The position numbers and the translations under genes were made by a program. Source: a virus (lineage: Duplodnaviria > Caudoviricetes). From it: 64,000 nt of DNA. The notes under the pieces were generated by a model. The model searched no databases. It saw only the letters and a list, made by a program, of their open reading frames with translations, and was not told the origin of the DNA. The stretch is taken from IMG/VR virus record IMGVR_UViG_3300025769_000106, positions 190 to 64,189 of that record. The stretch is one strand, 5' to 3'. Below are positions 56,815 to 64,000 of the stretch, piece after piece (position 1 is the first letter of the stretch; the number at the start of each line of letters is the position of its first letter).

Positions 56815-58217
56815 TCATCATCACTCCAATTGATTTCGTCCGATGGGCTGTATCTGGATCCTTTCTTGGGAAGAAGGTTCAGCATTGCTTGAGTTGCAGT
56901 TGGATAACTGACTGGTCGAGGGAGCCTTGTCATCGGTTTTCCTTTTGGTTTGAACACATAACGGTCTTCGATCATCTCTGCTTGAGCATGATTTAACCAA
57001 GCCATGGCTTCGTTGTATCTGTCGCCATCAAGATCATATTCTGGATCCATCTCAATATATGGGCTTTTGAACCGATAACTGGGATAGTCTCGGAAGTATT
57101 TGTCAGGATTCTGTTCGTATTCTTGCCGAGTTAATGCGGTATGAGATGCTAAGAAACCTTCTGGATCTGCAAGCAATAAGTCAAGTGGTTCAACAATGCT
57201 CTCTGACAAATACTTCCGCGTGTGAATGTACGGATCTCTTTCTCGAACCGATTCTGCAAGAGATTCTCTCATTTGGATTGACCCAATGAGGTCTTGGATC
57301 TTAGGGGGGAGCATTGAATAACTTGTAGGAAGCGGTTCTTTTCCTGCCAATACCTTCTTTTTGTGCCTTTTTAATTCACTCAACAAAGGTTTTGTCAATC
57401 GTTTTGCATTCCAGATCCGATCAGCCTGTTTATCAGCGTATCCGTGCGTAAAGTAATCGTTATTCAATCCGCTGTCCATCACCCGATCCATTGCAGCATT
57501 TTCCAAATTTTGAAAAATTCTGTCAACCATGGTTCGATCTTTCATTCGACCTTGACGAGGAATGCTCAACAAACGTGGATTGGCTTTCTCTCGTTTTTCG
57601 TATTGAGATCCAACATCAGGATGATTCCTCAAACCTCTCATCACACCGCGATCTCTTTTGTTTGTACGAACAATCTCGTCTGTCGGACTGTCATGCACGA
57701 TGGGGGGGGCATTGTGTTGAAGCATATATGCAACCTTTTCTTGCATTGAATTCATTGCACTTGGACTCTCTGCACGGAATGAACGGTATCCGCTCATTTC
57801 ATTATTGTCCTGCGACCTGTGGCTATACCCGCTCCCTAACGAGCGATTTGAAATGAAACCATAATGCGGATCTGCAAGTGAATGGGCTTCGTGGCCTCCT
57901 TCATGGGATGCCGTGTTAGCAATCTCACGGATCATCGCTTCATCGATGAGATTTTCGTCGGAAAGTCCTATTCGATTAACTCGACGCTTCATCTCTGGTA
58001 AATTGATCCACATATTGTCAACGGTGGTTTGAAAATCCTTTTGAGAATGCTTCTTTCCCTCGTTATCCTGTTTGTCTCTGTACCCTTGGAATCTGTATCC
58101 TACATTGTTCCCCGAACGGATACCAGCCCAATTTCTCCCCAAACCTGGTTGGAGGAATTTCCCATCAAGAATAAAATCCATTTTGGCGAATGCAACATTG
58201 TGTGCATCGCCGCTCAT
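56811..58217 (-). CDS. HExxH zincin-like metallopeptidase-domain protein, 468 aa
   Basis: IREIANTASHEGGHEAH...QEKVAY; leader absent or degenerate (DAHNVAFAK). Confidence 0.55.
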   Translation of the reverse strand: MSGDAHNVAFAKMDFILDGKFLQPGLGRNWAGIRSGNNVGYRFQGYRDKQDNEGKKHSQKDFQTTVDNMWINLPEMKRRVNRIGLSDENLIDEAMIREIANTASHEGGHEAHSLADPHYGFISNRSLGSGYSHRSQDNNEMSGYRSFRAESPSAMNSMQEKVAYMLQHNAPPIVHDSPTDEIVRTNKRDRGVMRGLRNHPDVGSQYEKREKANPRLLSIPRQGRMKDRTMVDRIFQNLENAAMDRVMDSGLNNDYFTHGYADKQADRIWNAKRLTKPLLSELKRHKKKVLAGKEPLPTSYSMLPPKIQDLIGSIQMRESLAESVRERDPYIHTRKYLSESIVEPLDLLLADPEGFLASHTALTRQEYEQNPDKYFRDYPSYRFKSPYIEMDPEYDLDGDRYNEAMAWLNHAQAEMIEDRYVFKPKGKPMTRLPRPVSYPTATQAMLNLLPKKGSRYSPSDEINWSDDE

Positions 58218-58430
58218 GATGCGACATAGGGGTTTTTGCCTTCAACTTAACTCAAGTAGTGGCACTTGTGCGCTCGCTTATCGAGAATCATTGCTGAACA
58301 CAAGTATTGCTCATCTCGACCGATCCATTTAGACTCCACCCACCGCCCCGAAAAAGCAAAATGCGAATTCAGCGTCTTATCCATGAAGGACCACCGATCC
58401 ATGCGGATGGCGCACTCCGATATAAAATGA

Positions 58431-58541
58431 TCATTTGCGAAGCCATTCGTGATGCATCATGATTCCGTAAAAGAATCCGATGACCAAAAACAAAGCAATG
58501 GGGATCAAAATCTTATCAGCGTTATCGATTTTTTTCGCCAT
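58431..58541 (-). CDS. 36-aa single-TM protein
   Basis: MAKKIDNADKILIPIALFLVIGFFYGIMMHHEWLRK; overlaps the upstream small ORF. Confidence 0.45.
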   Translation of the reverse strand: MAKKIDNADKILIPIALFLVIGFFYGIMMHHEWLRK

Positions 58542-58686
58542 CTCTTAGTCCATCCCAACACAGTTGTTGCAATTCCTCTTCGCTGGCGAAGATCACCACA
58601 TTGCTGCCCAGATCATTGGTCCAGAACCACATCGTCAAGAATCCAGCGATAAATGAAAGCACGAACAGTACGATTAGGGTTGTCAT
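58522..58686 (-). CDS. 54-aa N-terminal TM protein
   Basis: MTTLIVLFVLSFIAGFLTMWFWTND...; ATGA-coupled to the zincin stop. Confidence 0.55.
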   Translation of the reverse strand: MTTLIVLFVLSFIAGFLTMWFWTNDLGSNVVIFASEEELQQLCWDGLRDGEKNR

Positions 58687-59414
58687 CCACTTAACCTCCC
58701 ACGTTGGTCATTTTGTAAGTCTCTTAGCCTAAACCTGCGACCATCTTCATGAAAATCACGATGGTTGTCAGCCATGGCTTCTTGATAGGTAAAGCCCTCC
58801 TCCATTCGCTTTCTGGGGAACTCTTGGATCATGTGTTTGTTTCGATCAAACTTTGACGATTCTCTTGAACCCTTTCGGGTTTGTCGAGGCGAAACCTTCC
58901 TGTTTTCATAATCGCTTGATGCGGTGTGCGCTCCAAACTCTTGATAATAGGGATAGGCAAAATAAGGATCTCCCATTTCTTCCTCTTCAACTCGTCGATT
59001 TTGCATCCCACGTCTTGGGAGAGGTTGATTCTCATCAAGTATTTGTTGGATAATTGGATCAAGAGCGATGTGCGTTCCCTCATGAAGGCCAATCGTTCCG
59101 ATTTGATCAATGATTCCTTCGATTTCATCATCACTCAAATCTCGATCAAACTTTTCATCTGGTGCAACTCCCGTAATTCTTGAGATAATTGGCTTCACAT
59201 TGATGGCCGAATACCAATCTAAGCCTTGTTTTGGGTTAGGTCGAACAAAGTATCCTGGTGCAGGGTACGCTTTATCATCAACAAACCCCATCGTTTTCCA
59301 ACCAGGATGATCGGTTCTTCGGGCTTGTTGTGGTTTTAGGTCATCACGCATTCGTCCGTGAACAAATGGAATCTCAAATTTCAGCAGATTCCATGTGGCG
59401 TCAAAAGCGGTCAA
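58683..59414 (-). CDS. HExxH zincin-like protein with leader
   Basis: MTAFDATWNLLK|F; IIDQIGTIGLHEGTHIALDP...QEFGAH. Confidence 0.6.
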   Translation of the reverse strand: MTAFDATWNLLKFEIPFVHGRMRDDLKPQQARRTDHPGWKTMGFVDDKAYPAPGYFVRPNPKQGLDWYSAINVKPIISRITGVAPDEKFDRDLSDDEIEGIIDQIGTIGLHEGTHIALDPIIQQILDENQPLPRRGMQNRRVEEEEMGDPYFAYPYYQEFGAHTASSDYENRKVSPRQTRKGSRESSKFDRNKHMIQEFPRKRMEEGFTYQEAMADNHRDFHEDGRRFRLRDLQNDQRGRLSG

Positions 59415-60625
59415 TCCAAAAGCCTCCTCTTGGTACTCTCTGGCATATTCGTTGTGGCGATAACCTCGATCTGGGGTAATTTATTGGCCTTTGGTTTCCT
59501 CATCCATGGGAATACATCGGCGTCAATGTCAAGTAAATCATCAATCAGTTCTCGATACGGATCCTTTTCGTCCCGTGGGAACAAATAATTGGAATAAATC
59601 GACGGCCCCGTGTGTTCACCCATCAAATCAACAACATCTCGTTGATCGTCATCGTATTGCATTCCCCAATCCTGTTTGACGTCGCCACCATATTCCACTT
59701 TCCGACTCATGTACGGAGGATCCCAATAAGCCAAATGACGTGGCGTCAAGAAATTAAACGCATCACGGAAGTCCTCATTGTAAATTTCAATGTCTTTCAT
59801 AGCATTTGACCATGGAGATATGTCCAAACGGCCAACATCACCAGGCATTATCCGATAATTTGGATGACCTGGTGGTTTTGCTGCTTTTCGATAGGCAATA
59901 CCCCCATATCGACCATCCGTGTACCAATTTTGTGGCGTTTGATCCCACGGCTTGAATGAAAACATTCCATCACGTTGAGTATTGTTTGCTCCAATCATCA
60001 ACTCCGCCAAGAATTTATTTTCGTCAGGAGTCAAAGGAGTCCCTTCAACATCACGGATCCGTCGAAGATAATTGATCGTATCAACCATTTCCGACAATTC
60101 TTCTGCACTTCTTGGCATTGAAACCTCTCCAAGCCCACCTCGAACTTGTTCCATGATGTTTGTGAGATCAGGATTGATGTCATTGTAAATTGCGTCCTTT
60201 CCTGCTCCGAATCCCATCAAAAAGGATCCGCTGCCGCCGAATAACTCCGCAGGTGCATGATCATGACGCACATCTTGAGCCAATGTCCTAAATCGAGGCA
60301 TCAAAGAGGTCTTGCCCCCGATCCAATTCATGAAAGTAGGCATCATTTCATCTTGACCTTGAAAACCTGCAAGGCTTGTCAAAGCATCGGATGTCCCTTC
60401 TCGATGCATTTGAGTCCATGGGACACCACGCGCTCTGCCTCCAGAGGATCCTTTTCCGCCCTCAAACGGCAATTGGGGCAGAGGGTTGGCCTTTTTGTCA
60501 TCAACGAAGCGATCATAGTATCCCAAAATCGATGGAAGGATCTCATCAATGTCATCGTACTCTTTTCCTTCCCAAATGATGCCTTTTTCGATATGATCCC
60601 ACACTTGATCGAAAGCACGGGTCAT
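59411..60625 (-). CDS. Dam-like N6-adenine DNA methyltransferase with leader
   Basis: MTRAFDQVWDHIEK|G; NWIGGKT, ELFGGSGS, YNDINPDL, YWDPPY. Confidence 0.82.
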   Translation of the reverse strand: MTRAFDQVWDHIEKGIIWEGKEYDDIDEILPSILGYYDRFVDDKKANPLPQLPFEGGKGSSGGRARGVPWTQMHREGTSDALTSLAGFQGQDEMMPTFMNWIGGKTSLMPRFRTLAQDVRHDHAPAELFGGSGSFLMGFGAGKDAIYNDINPDLTNIMEQVRGGLGEVSMPRSAEELSEMVDTINYLRRIRDVEGTPLTPDENKFLAELMIGANNTQRDGMFSFKPWDQTPQNWYTDGRYGGIAYRKAAKPPGHPNYRIMPGDVGRLDISPWSNAMKDIEIYNEDFRDAFNFLTPRHLAYWDPPYMSRKVEYGGDVKQDWGMQYDDDQRDVVDLMGEHTGPSIYSNYLFPRDEKDPYRELIDDLLDIDADVFPWMRKPKANKLPQIEVIATTNMPESTKRRLLD

Positions 60626-60675
60626 GATCAGCGCAAAGACAAATAAGGCTTAATTCCTTCGTTAGAAAGAGAGGC

Positions 60676-60681
60676 TTTATA
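60676..60681 (+). promoter_or_regulatory. TATA box (TTTATA) with purine-rich BRE-like upstream sequence, divergent from the 60625 promoter
   Basis: gaaagagaggcTTTATA ends ~24 nt before the 16-bp stem at 60705. Confidence 0.5.
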
Positions 60682-60704
60682 CCCTTTTTCAGCAACCGAG
60701 AATT

Positions 60705-60786
60705 TGGCGGTGGATTGAGACTCGGCTCCAAAGTGGTTCTTGGGCTTCTATCACTTCACCTTTTTTCCTTTCTCGGTTCACCGCCA
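60705..60786 (+). ncRNA. Candidate small structured RNA (~82 nt)
   Basis: 60705-60720 pairs with 60771-60786 over 16 bp. Three pairs are G-U wobbles that work only on the plus strand. No ORF; TATA box upstream. Confidence 0.45.
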
Positions 60787-61097
60787 CCCCCTGCAAAAAA
60801 AAAACGCATGAAATGGCCTTATTTTTGCCTCGTCGAGGTTCCGACGAGATCACAACAAAAAAATTCTTTCCAGTTTTTTTTCAAGACTTGAATCCACACG
60901 ACTCAATACTTCGCAGGTTGGGACGAATCCCTCCTGAAAAGCCGAACAACCCGTATTTTTGCATAAGAAACAACGTATTACGCTGTGCAGGGGTGGTCGT
61001 GCGGTGGCCTTGATGACCAGAAGCAAAGACGCTTGCCACGGTTGATGCTATCAATCCGCTATATATCTAACCTTGCCAGCCTTGTCAAGGTTGTGGA

Positions 61098-62138
61098 TCA
61101 CAATTCAACGTCGTGCCGAGCATCCCTAAACGAAATTGAAGATCCAATCATTCGTCCTTTCTTTGATGATTCTTGCAATTCGGAGATCAGTTGTCGGATG
61201 TTTTGATCCAGATCGGTGGAGTATTGTCGGTATCGCTTTGGAACCCTCTTCTGTTCTCGAATAGTATCCTCAAGAATCCTGTCGATTCGATCCTGCGTCA
61301 ACAATTTGCGTTCATCATTTTGAAACGGTCGCTGAGAAACATAATCGTAAATGAGTCCATCCACATCAACATTCCCTGATCCGAGTCGATGGCCCTCCTC
61401 ACCAATCTGTTCATCGCTTAAATCACCTTGTTGATGAAAATCATCTTCGTATCCTCTAATTTCTTGATCGGCAAGACCTTGCTGAGTCATACTTCTTGTT
61501 GGACTCCAATCATCAAACATTGATATGAAATCTTCATCATCATACGGGGTGTCCTTCAAATCGAGAATATGCCCCATGCGTTGATCCATTGGCTTCACAA
61601 AAGGAGAATAATGTCGCAAATCACGCTGCACCAAATCCAAAGTATCACCTGAACTGAATACGGAGTAAGGAACAATCGGTTCGGAATTCCCCATCACCTT
61701 GCTCCAAAATGCTTCAATTGGCGCACGTGTGATTCCTTCGGGTGCTGAATACTCTTCCTGCCGCCGCACATGATCTGGTTGACCAGATTTAGGGATTGGT
61801 ACTTTAGCAACATATTGCGAAGGACGATATTGATCCAAAGCAGGGATTGAATGAACAATATGTTCGTACCCTCTGCCAATATCAACGGGAACTTTACCCA
61901 ACGGTTCGCCCTCGGAAGGATGATAGTCATAATCAACATAACCCTCATCATCAAGAATGGGAGCGTACATTTCACCATCATTCCGATCAACATAACGCCC
62001 ATCCTCAAGTTCACGGTACAGCCCTTCGTTTGACCCAGGGAAACCACCATGGCGATCCATAAGTTGTTTGAAACGAGCATACGCCGCTTCATCGACTGTT
62101 GCCTTTATCAAATCCCAAGACTGATCAAATACGCTCAC
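61098..62138 (-). CDS. Divergent protein-kinase-like protein with leader
   Basis: MSVFDQSWDLIK|A; IGRGYEHIVH (Gly loop), YVAKVP, GDL...GNV, LIYDY. Confidence 0.45.
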   Translation of the reverse strand: MSVFDQSWDLIKATVDEAAYARFKQLMDRHGGFPGSNEGLYRELEDGRYVDRNDGEMYAPILDDEGYVDYDYHPSEGEPLGKVPVDIGRGYEHIVHSIPALDQYRPSQYVAKVPIPKSGQPDHVRRQEEYSAPEGITRAPIEAFWSKVMGNSEPIVPYSVFSSGDTLDLVQRDLRHYSPFVKPMDQRMGHILDLKDTPYDDEDFISMFDDWSPTRSMTQQGLADQEIRGYEDDFHQQGDLSDEQIGEEGHRLGSGNVDVDGLIYDYVSQRPFQNDERKLLTQDRIDRILEDTIREQKRVPKRYRQYSTDLDQNIRQLISELQESSKKGRMIGSSISFRDARHDVEL

Positions 62139-62662
62139 AGGTATCCTCTCCGTCGAAGAATATCCGCTTGCTGATCAAATGGAATCCCCTCGATCAACAT
62201 TGCTCCTGCCTCATGGGTATTTGTGCTTGGCTGAAAAGCACTCAATTGCGCTTGCTCATATGGATCATTCATCCAATCCTCATGTGCCTCTGATCGAAGA
62301 GGCGGATCAATTGCTGCGTGTCCCTGTTCGTGGACAATGGTATCGACAATCCGTTGAATCATCTCGTCTTCATTCATCGGTATAGATCCTATGTCATGTT
62401 CACGTACTCCAAAAACATCTCTCTTTGAGTTCAAGCCCCAGTCTTTATTGTGAAAATAAGGGTTGGCTAAATTGTAAGCCGTGTAGTATGTATCGCCTTC
62501 CGCATTTTTTTGACCGTAGTCGAGAAGATCAGGGCGAGGTTTCCCTCCTGGCTCAACTGTTGGCAAAACATATTGATACGGGGTGTATGTCGCCACCGTC
62601 GAATCATTTGGATCAAGGTAAAAGGATTTCATGAAATCCCAAGACTGATCGAATACGCTCAT
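62110..62662 (-). repeat. 29-nt direct repeat (27/29 identical) at the starts of two adjacent genes: 62110..62138 and 62634..62662
   Basis: (G/A)TGAGCGTATT(T/C)GATCAGTCTTGGGATTT on the coding strand. Confidence 0.85.
62135..62662 (-). CDS. HExxH zincin-like protein with leader
   Basis: MSVFDQSWDFMK|S; IQRIVDTIVHEQGHAAIDP...HEAGAM. Confidence 0.6.
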   Translation of the reverse strand: MSVFDQSWDFMKSFYLDPNDSTVATYTPYQYVLPTVEPGGKPRPDLLDYGQKNAEGDTYYTAYNLANPYFHNKDWGLNSKRDVFGVREHDIGSIPMNEDEMIQRIVDTIVHEQGHAAIDPPLRSEAHEDWMNDPYEQAQLSAFQPSTNTHEAGAMLIEGIPFDQQADILRRRGYL

Positions 62663-63201
62663 TCAACCCGCTCCCTCATGCCTCTCCATTCGGAATCATC
62701 ATCAATCTCTCGACCTTGGTTCTTTCTCCAAAGACCTTCGCCCCCATCGGAAAGGTTGCTCGATGGTTTGATCCGATAACCCAACTCTCGAACGAGATCG
62801 TAAATGGCTTGAGCCATTCCCTTTCTTCGATAAGGTTCGGCAATGTACGGGCTAACTCCCACGATTGATCTGTTGGGAGGGTATTGCATTGCAAATTCTG
62901 GATCACTTGGCTCATGATCTTCATGATAATGAACGTTTGAATTTCCAATGTGTCGGCCAATGGTTTCATCAAAACCAGCCTCCTGATTTGGAGGGAAGTC
63001 TATGTCCACGTTGAAATCATGTGAATATGAAGGAGTTGAGATCACCATTGGATACCGCTGTTGATTATCGGGGTCAACGAAATCTGCAACGTGCATCCGC
63101 TTCTCTTGCTCCGCATCCTCTGCCGAATACATGAACGGCTTGATCGAATCAAGATCCAAAGGAGCCTTCATGATCTCCCATGCGGAATCAAATGCGCTCA
63201 T
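62659..63201 (-). CDS. GNAT-family acetyltransferase-like protein with leader
   Basis: MSAFDSAWEIMK|A; YIAEPYRRKGMAQAIY (motif A) and SSNLSDGGEGLW. Confidence 0.65.
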   Translation of the reverse strand: MSAFDSAWEIMKAPLDLDSIKPFMYSAEDAEQEKRMHVADFVDPDNQQRYPMVISTPSYSHDFNVDIDFPPNQEAGFDETIGRHIGNSNVHYHEDHEPSDPEFAMQYPPNRSIVGVSPYIAEPYRRKGMAQAIYDLVRELGYRIKPSSNLSDGGEGLWRKNQGREIDDDSEWRGMRERVE

Positions 63202-63995
63202 GATTTCCTCTCCAGATCTGGATTCGGCATCATCCGTACATCATTGTCAAGAATCAACTCATCACCGTGCTGATTCATCATTGTCGAAAGCATTTCGAGA
63301 TATTCCATCAATTTCTCACGGTCTTTACCTTGCAAGTTGCCTTCTTCAATCCTGTATTGATTGCCCTCTTCCATTGCAACATTGCCTTTGCCATCGCCTC
63401 TTCGAGCGTAAAGATCTCCGTGTGGACCTTGAAGCCACCATTCTCTTCGCTGAGATAATGGATCGCCCCAAACACGTTTATCCTCTCTTCCCGCAATGAT
63501 CTCCGAACTATCAGGTGTATCAACACGTTCTGCGATGATACCTTCGGGTCCAACAATCGTAGCAGGTGTGTGGCTAAAACCATCATCGTGATCATAAATC
63601 GCCTCATAACTGAGTTGATCGTCATCACTCTCATCGCCTTCATCGATTGGAACCGCCATTAGGGGAGGGATTTGATCCATGAACTGTTTAGCCTTACGCT
63701 TCGGATTGAAGTACGAATACTCTCGACGCTTTTGGTGCAACGATCCTGGGCGGATAGGCATCTTGATCACCATGTCCCAAGCAATCTCGAACGGATCCTC
63801 GCTTGCCGTGAAATCCAAATGATTGACATCACCAAATTGAGTCCCTTTGCAAGAATCGTATTCCAACTTCGCTTGTTGCAATTCATCAAGACATTCCCTG
63901 ACCGCATCAAACGGTTTAGGATCCATTCGGTGCATCACGGCTGATGCATCTGGATCGAGATAAGTGGAGAGTAAATGTTCGGCATATTGAGTCAA
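63198..63995 (-). CDS. Hypothetical protein with internal leader motif (5' end at window edge, start uncertain)
   Basis: Internal EDPFEIAWDMVIK|M. TTG at 63995 overlaps a TGA, but the frame is also open to the window end. Confidence 0.55.
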   Translation of the reverse strand: MTQYAEHLLSTYLDPDASAVMHRMDPKPFDAVRECLDELQQAKLEYDSCKGTQFGDVNHLDFTASEDPFEIAWDMVIKMPIRPGSLHQKRREYSYFNPKRKAKQFMDQIPPLMAVPIDEGDESDDDQLSYEAIYDHDDGFSHTPATIVGPEGIIAERVDTPDSSEIIAGREDKRVWGDPLSQRREWWLQGPHGDLYARRGDGKGNVAMEEGNQYRIEEGNLQGKDREKLMEYLEMLSTMMNQHGDELILDNDVRMMPNPDLERKS

Positions 63996-64000
63996 ATCAT

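Noticed and set aside
58248-58403. ~51-aa minus-strand ORF (MDRWSFMDK...) downstream of a TATA-like box
   Set aside because: No RBS, motif or typical composition, and the spacing from the box is atypical; it cannot be distinguished from non-coding sequence.
49094-60625. Restriction-modification or other host defence island
   Set aside because: No nuclease partner was recognised, and the genes are contiguous and co-oriented with a viral morphogenesis module.
60706-60789. tRNA gene (GGCGGTG...GGTTC...CACCGCCA)
   Set aside because: GGTTC abuts the acceptor 3' strand, leaving no T-arm, and no D or anticodon arms can be formed. Kept only as a candidate sRNA.
54540-62662. CRISPR array or attC-type integron from the dispersed 24-29 nt repeats
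   Set aside because: The repeats are coding gene starts separated by whole genes, are not palindromic or regularly spaced, and no cas or integrase gene is present.
1-64000. Diversity-generating retroelement, integrase/att sites, rRNA, contractile sheath
   Set aside because: No reverse transcriptase, TR/VR pair, recombinase, rRNA-like sequence or sheath gene was seen in this window.

Overview
This window is a 64-kb segment of a tailed dsDNA virus (Caudoviricetes). It is almost entirely coded on the minus strand. The host is most likely an archaeon, based on TATA-like boxes ~22-24 nt ahead of apparently leaderless starts, GGTGA/GGAGG ribosome-binding motifs and a ribbon-helix-helix regulator. 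Gene content and order are compatible with a magrovirus-like (Marine Group II / Poseidoniales) siphovirus, but that assignment is inference without a database search. In transcription order (right to left) the window holds five blocks. (1) ~49-64 kb: an accessory array of unrelated enzyme-like genes, including 2 Dam-like and 1 C5-like DNA methyltransferases, 3 ADP-ribosyltransferase-fold proteins, 3 HExxH zincins, a GNAT, a kinase-like protein, a Gp88-like protein and HMG-CoA lyase. (2) ~44.8-48.5 kb: an operon of RHH regulator, membrane proteins and a small Ras/Arf-like GTPase. (3) Packaging and head genes: TerS candidate, low-complexity proteins, TerL, portal, a ligase-like-domain protein, prohead protease/scaffold and HK97-type MCP. 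(4) Neck and tail genes, including a tail-chaperone pair joined by a -1 slippery site. (5) Very large LamG-containing tail-tip proteins. The most striking unexplained feature is a shared ~12-16 aa leader, M-(T/S)-x-F-(D/N/E)-x-(A/S/T/V)-W-x-x-(L/I/V/M)-K|(A/S/G). It is found at the N-terminus of 14 otherwise unrelated proteins and internally or C-terminally in 3 more, with near-identical DNA at several gene starts. It ends in the same hydrophobic-x-K|small motif that recurs in the MCP and scaffold. I interpret this as a candidate capsid-targeting, protease-cleaved 'payload' system that delivers a modular effector arsenal into the host. All functional calls come from motif recognition by eye; no searches were run.
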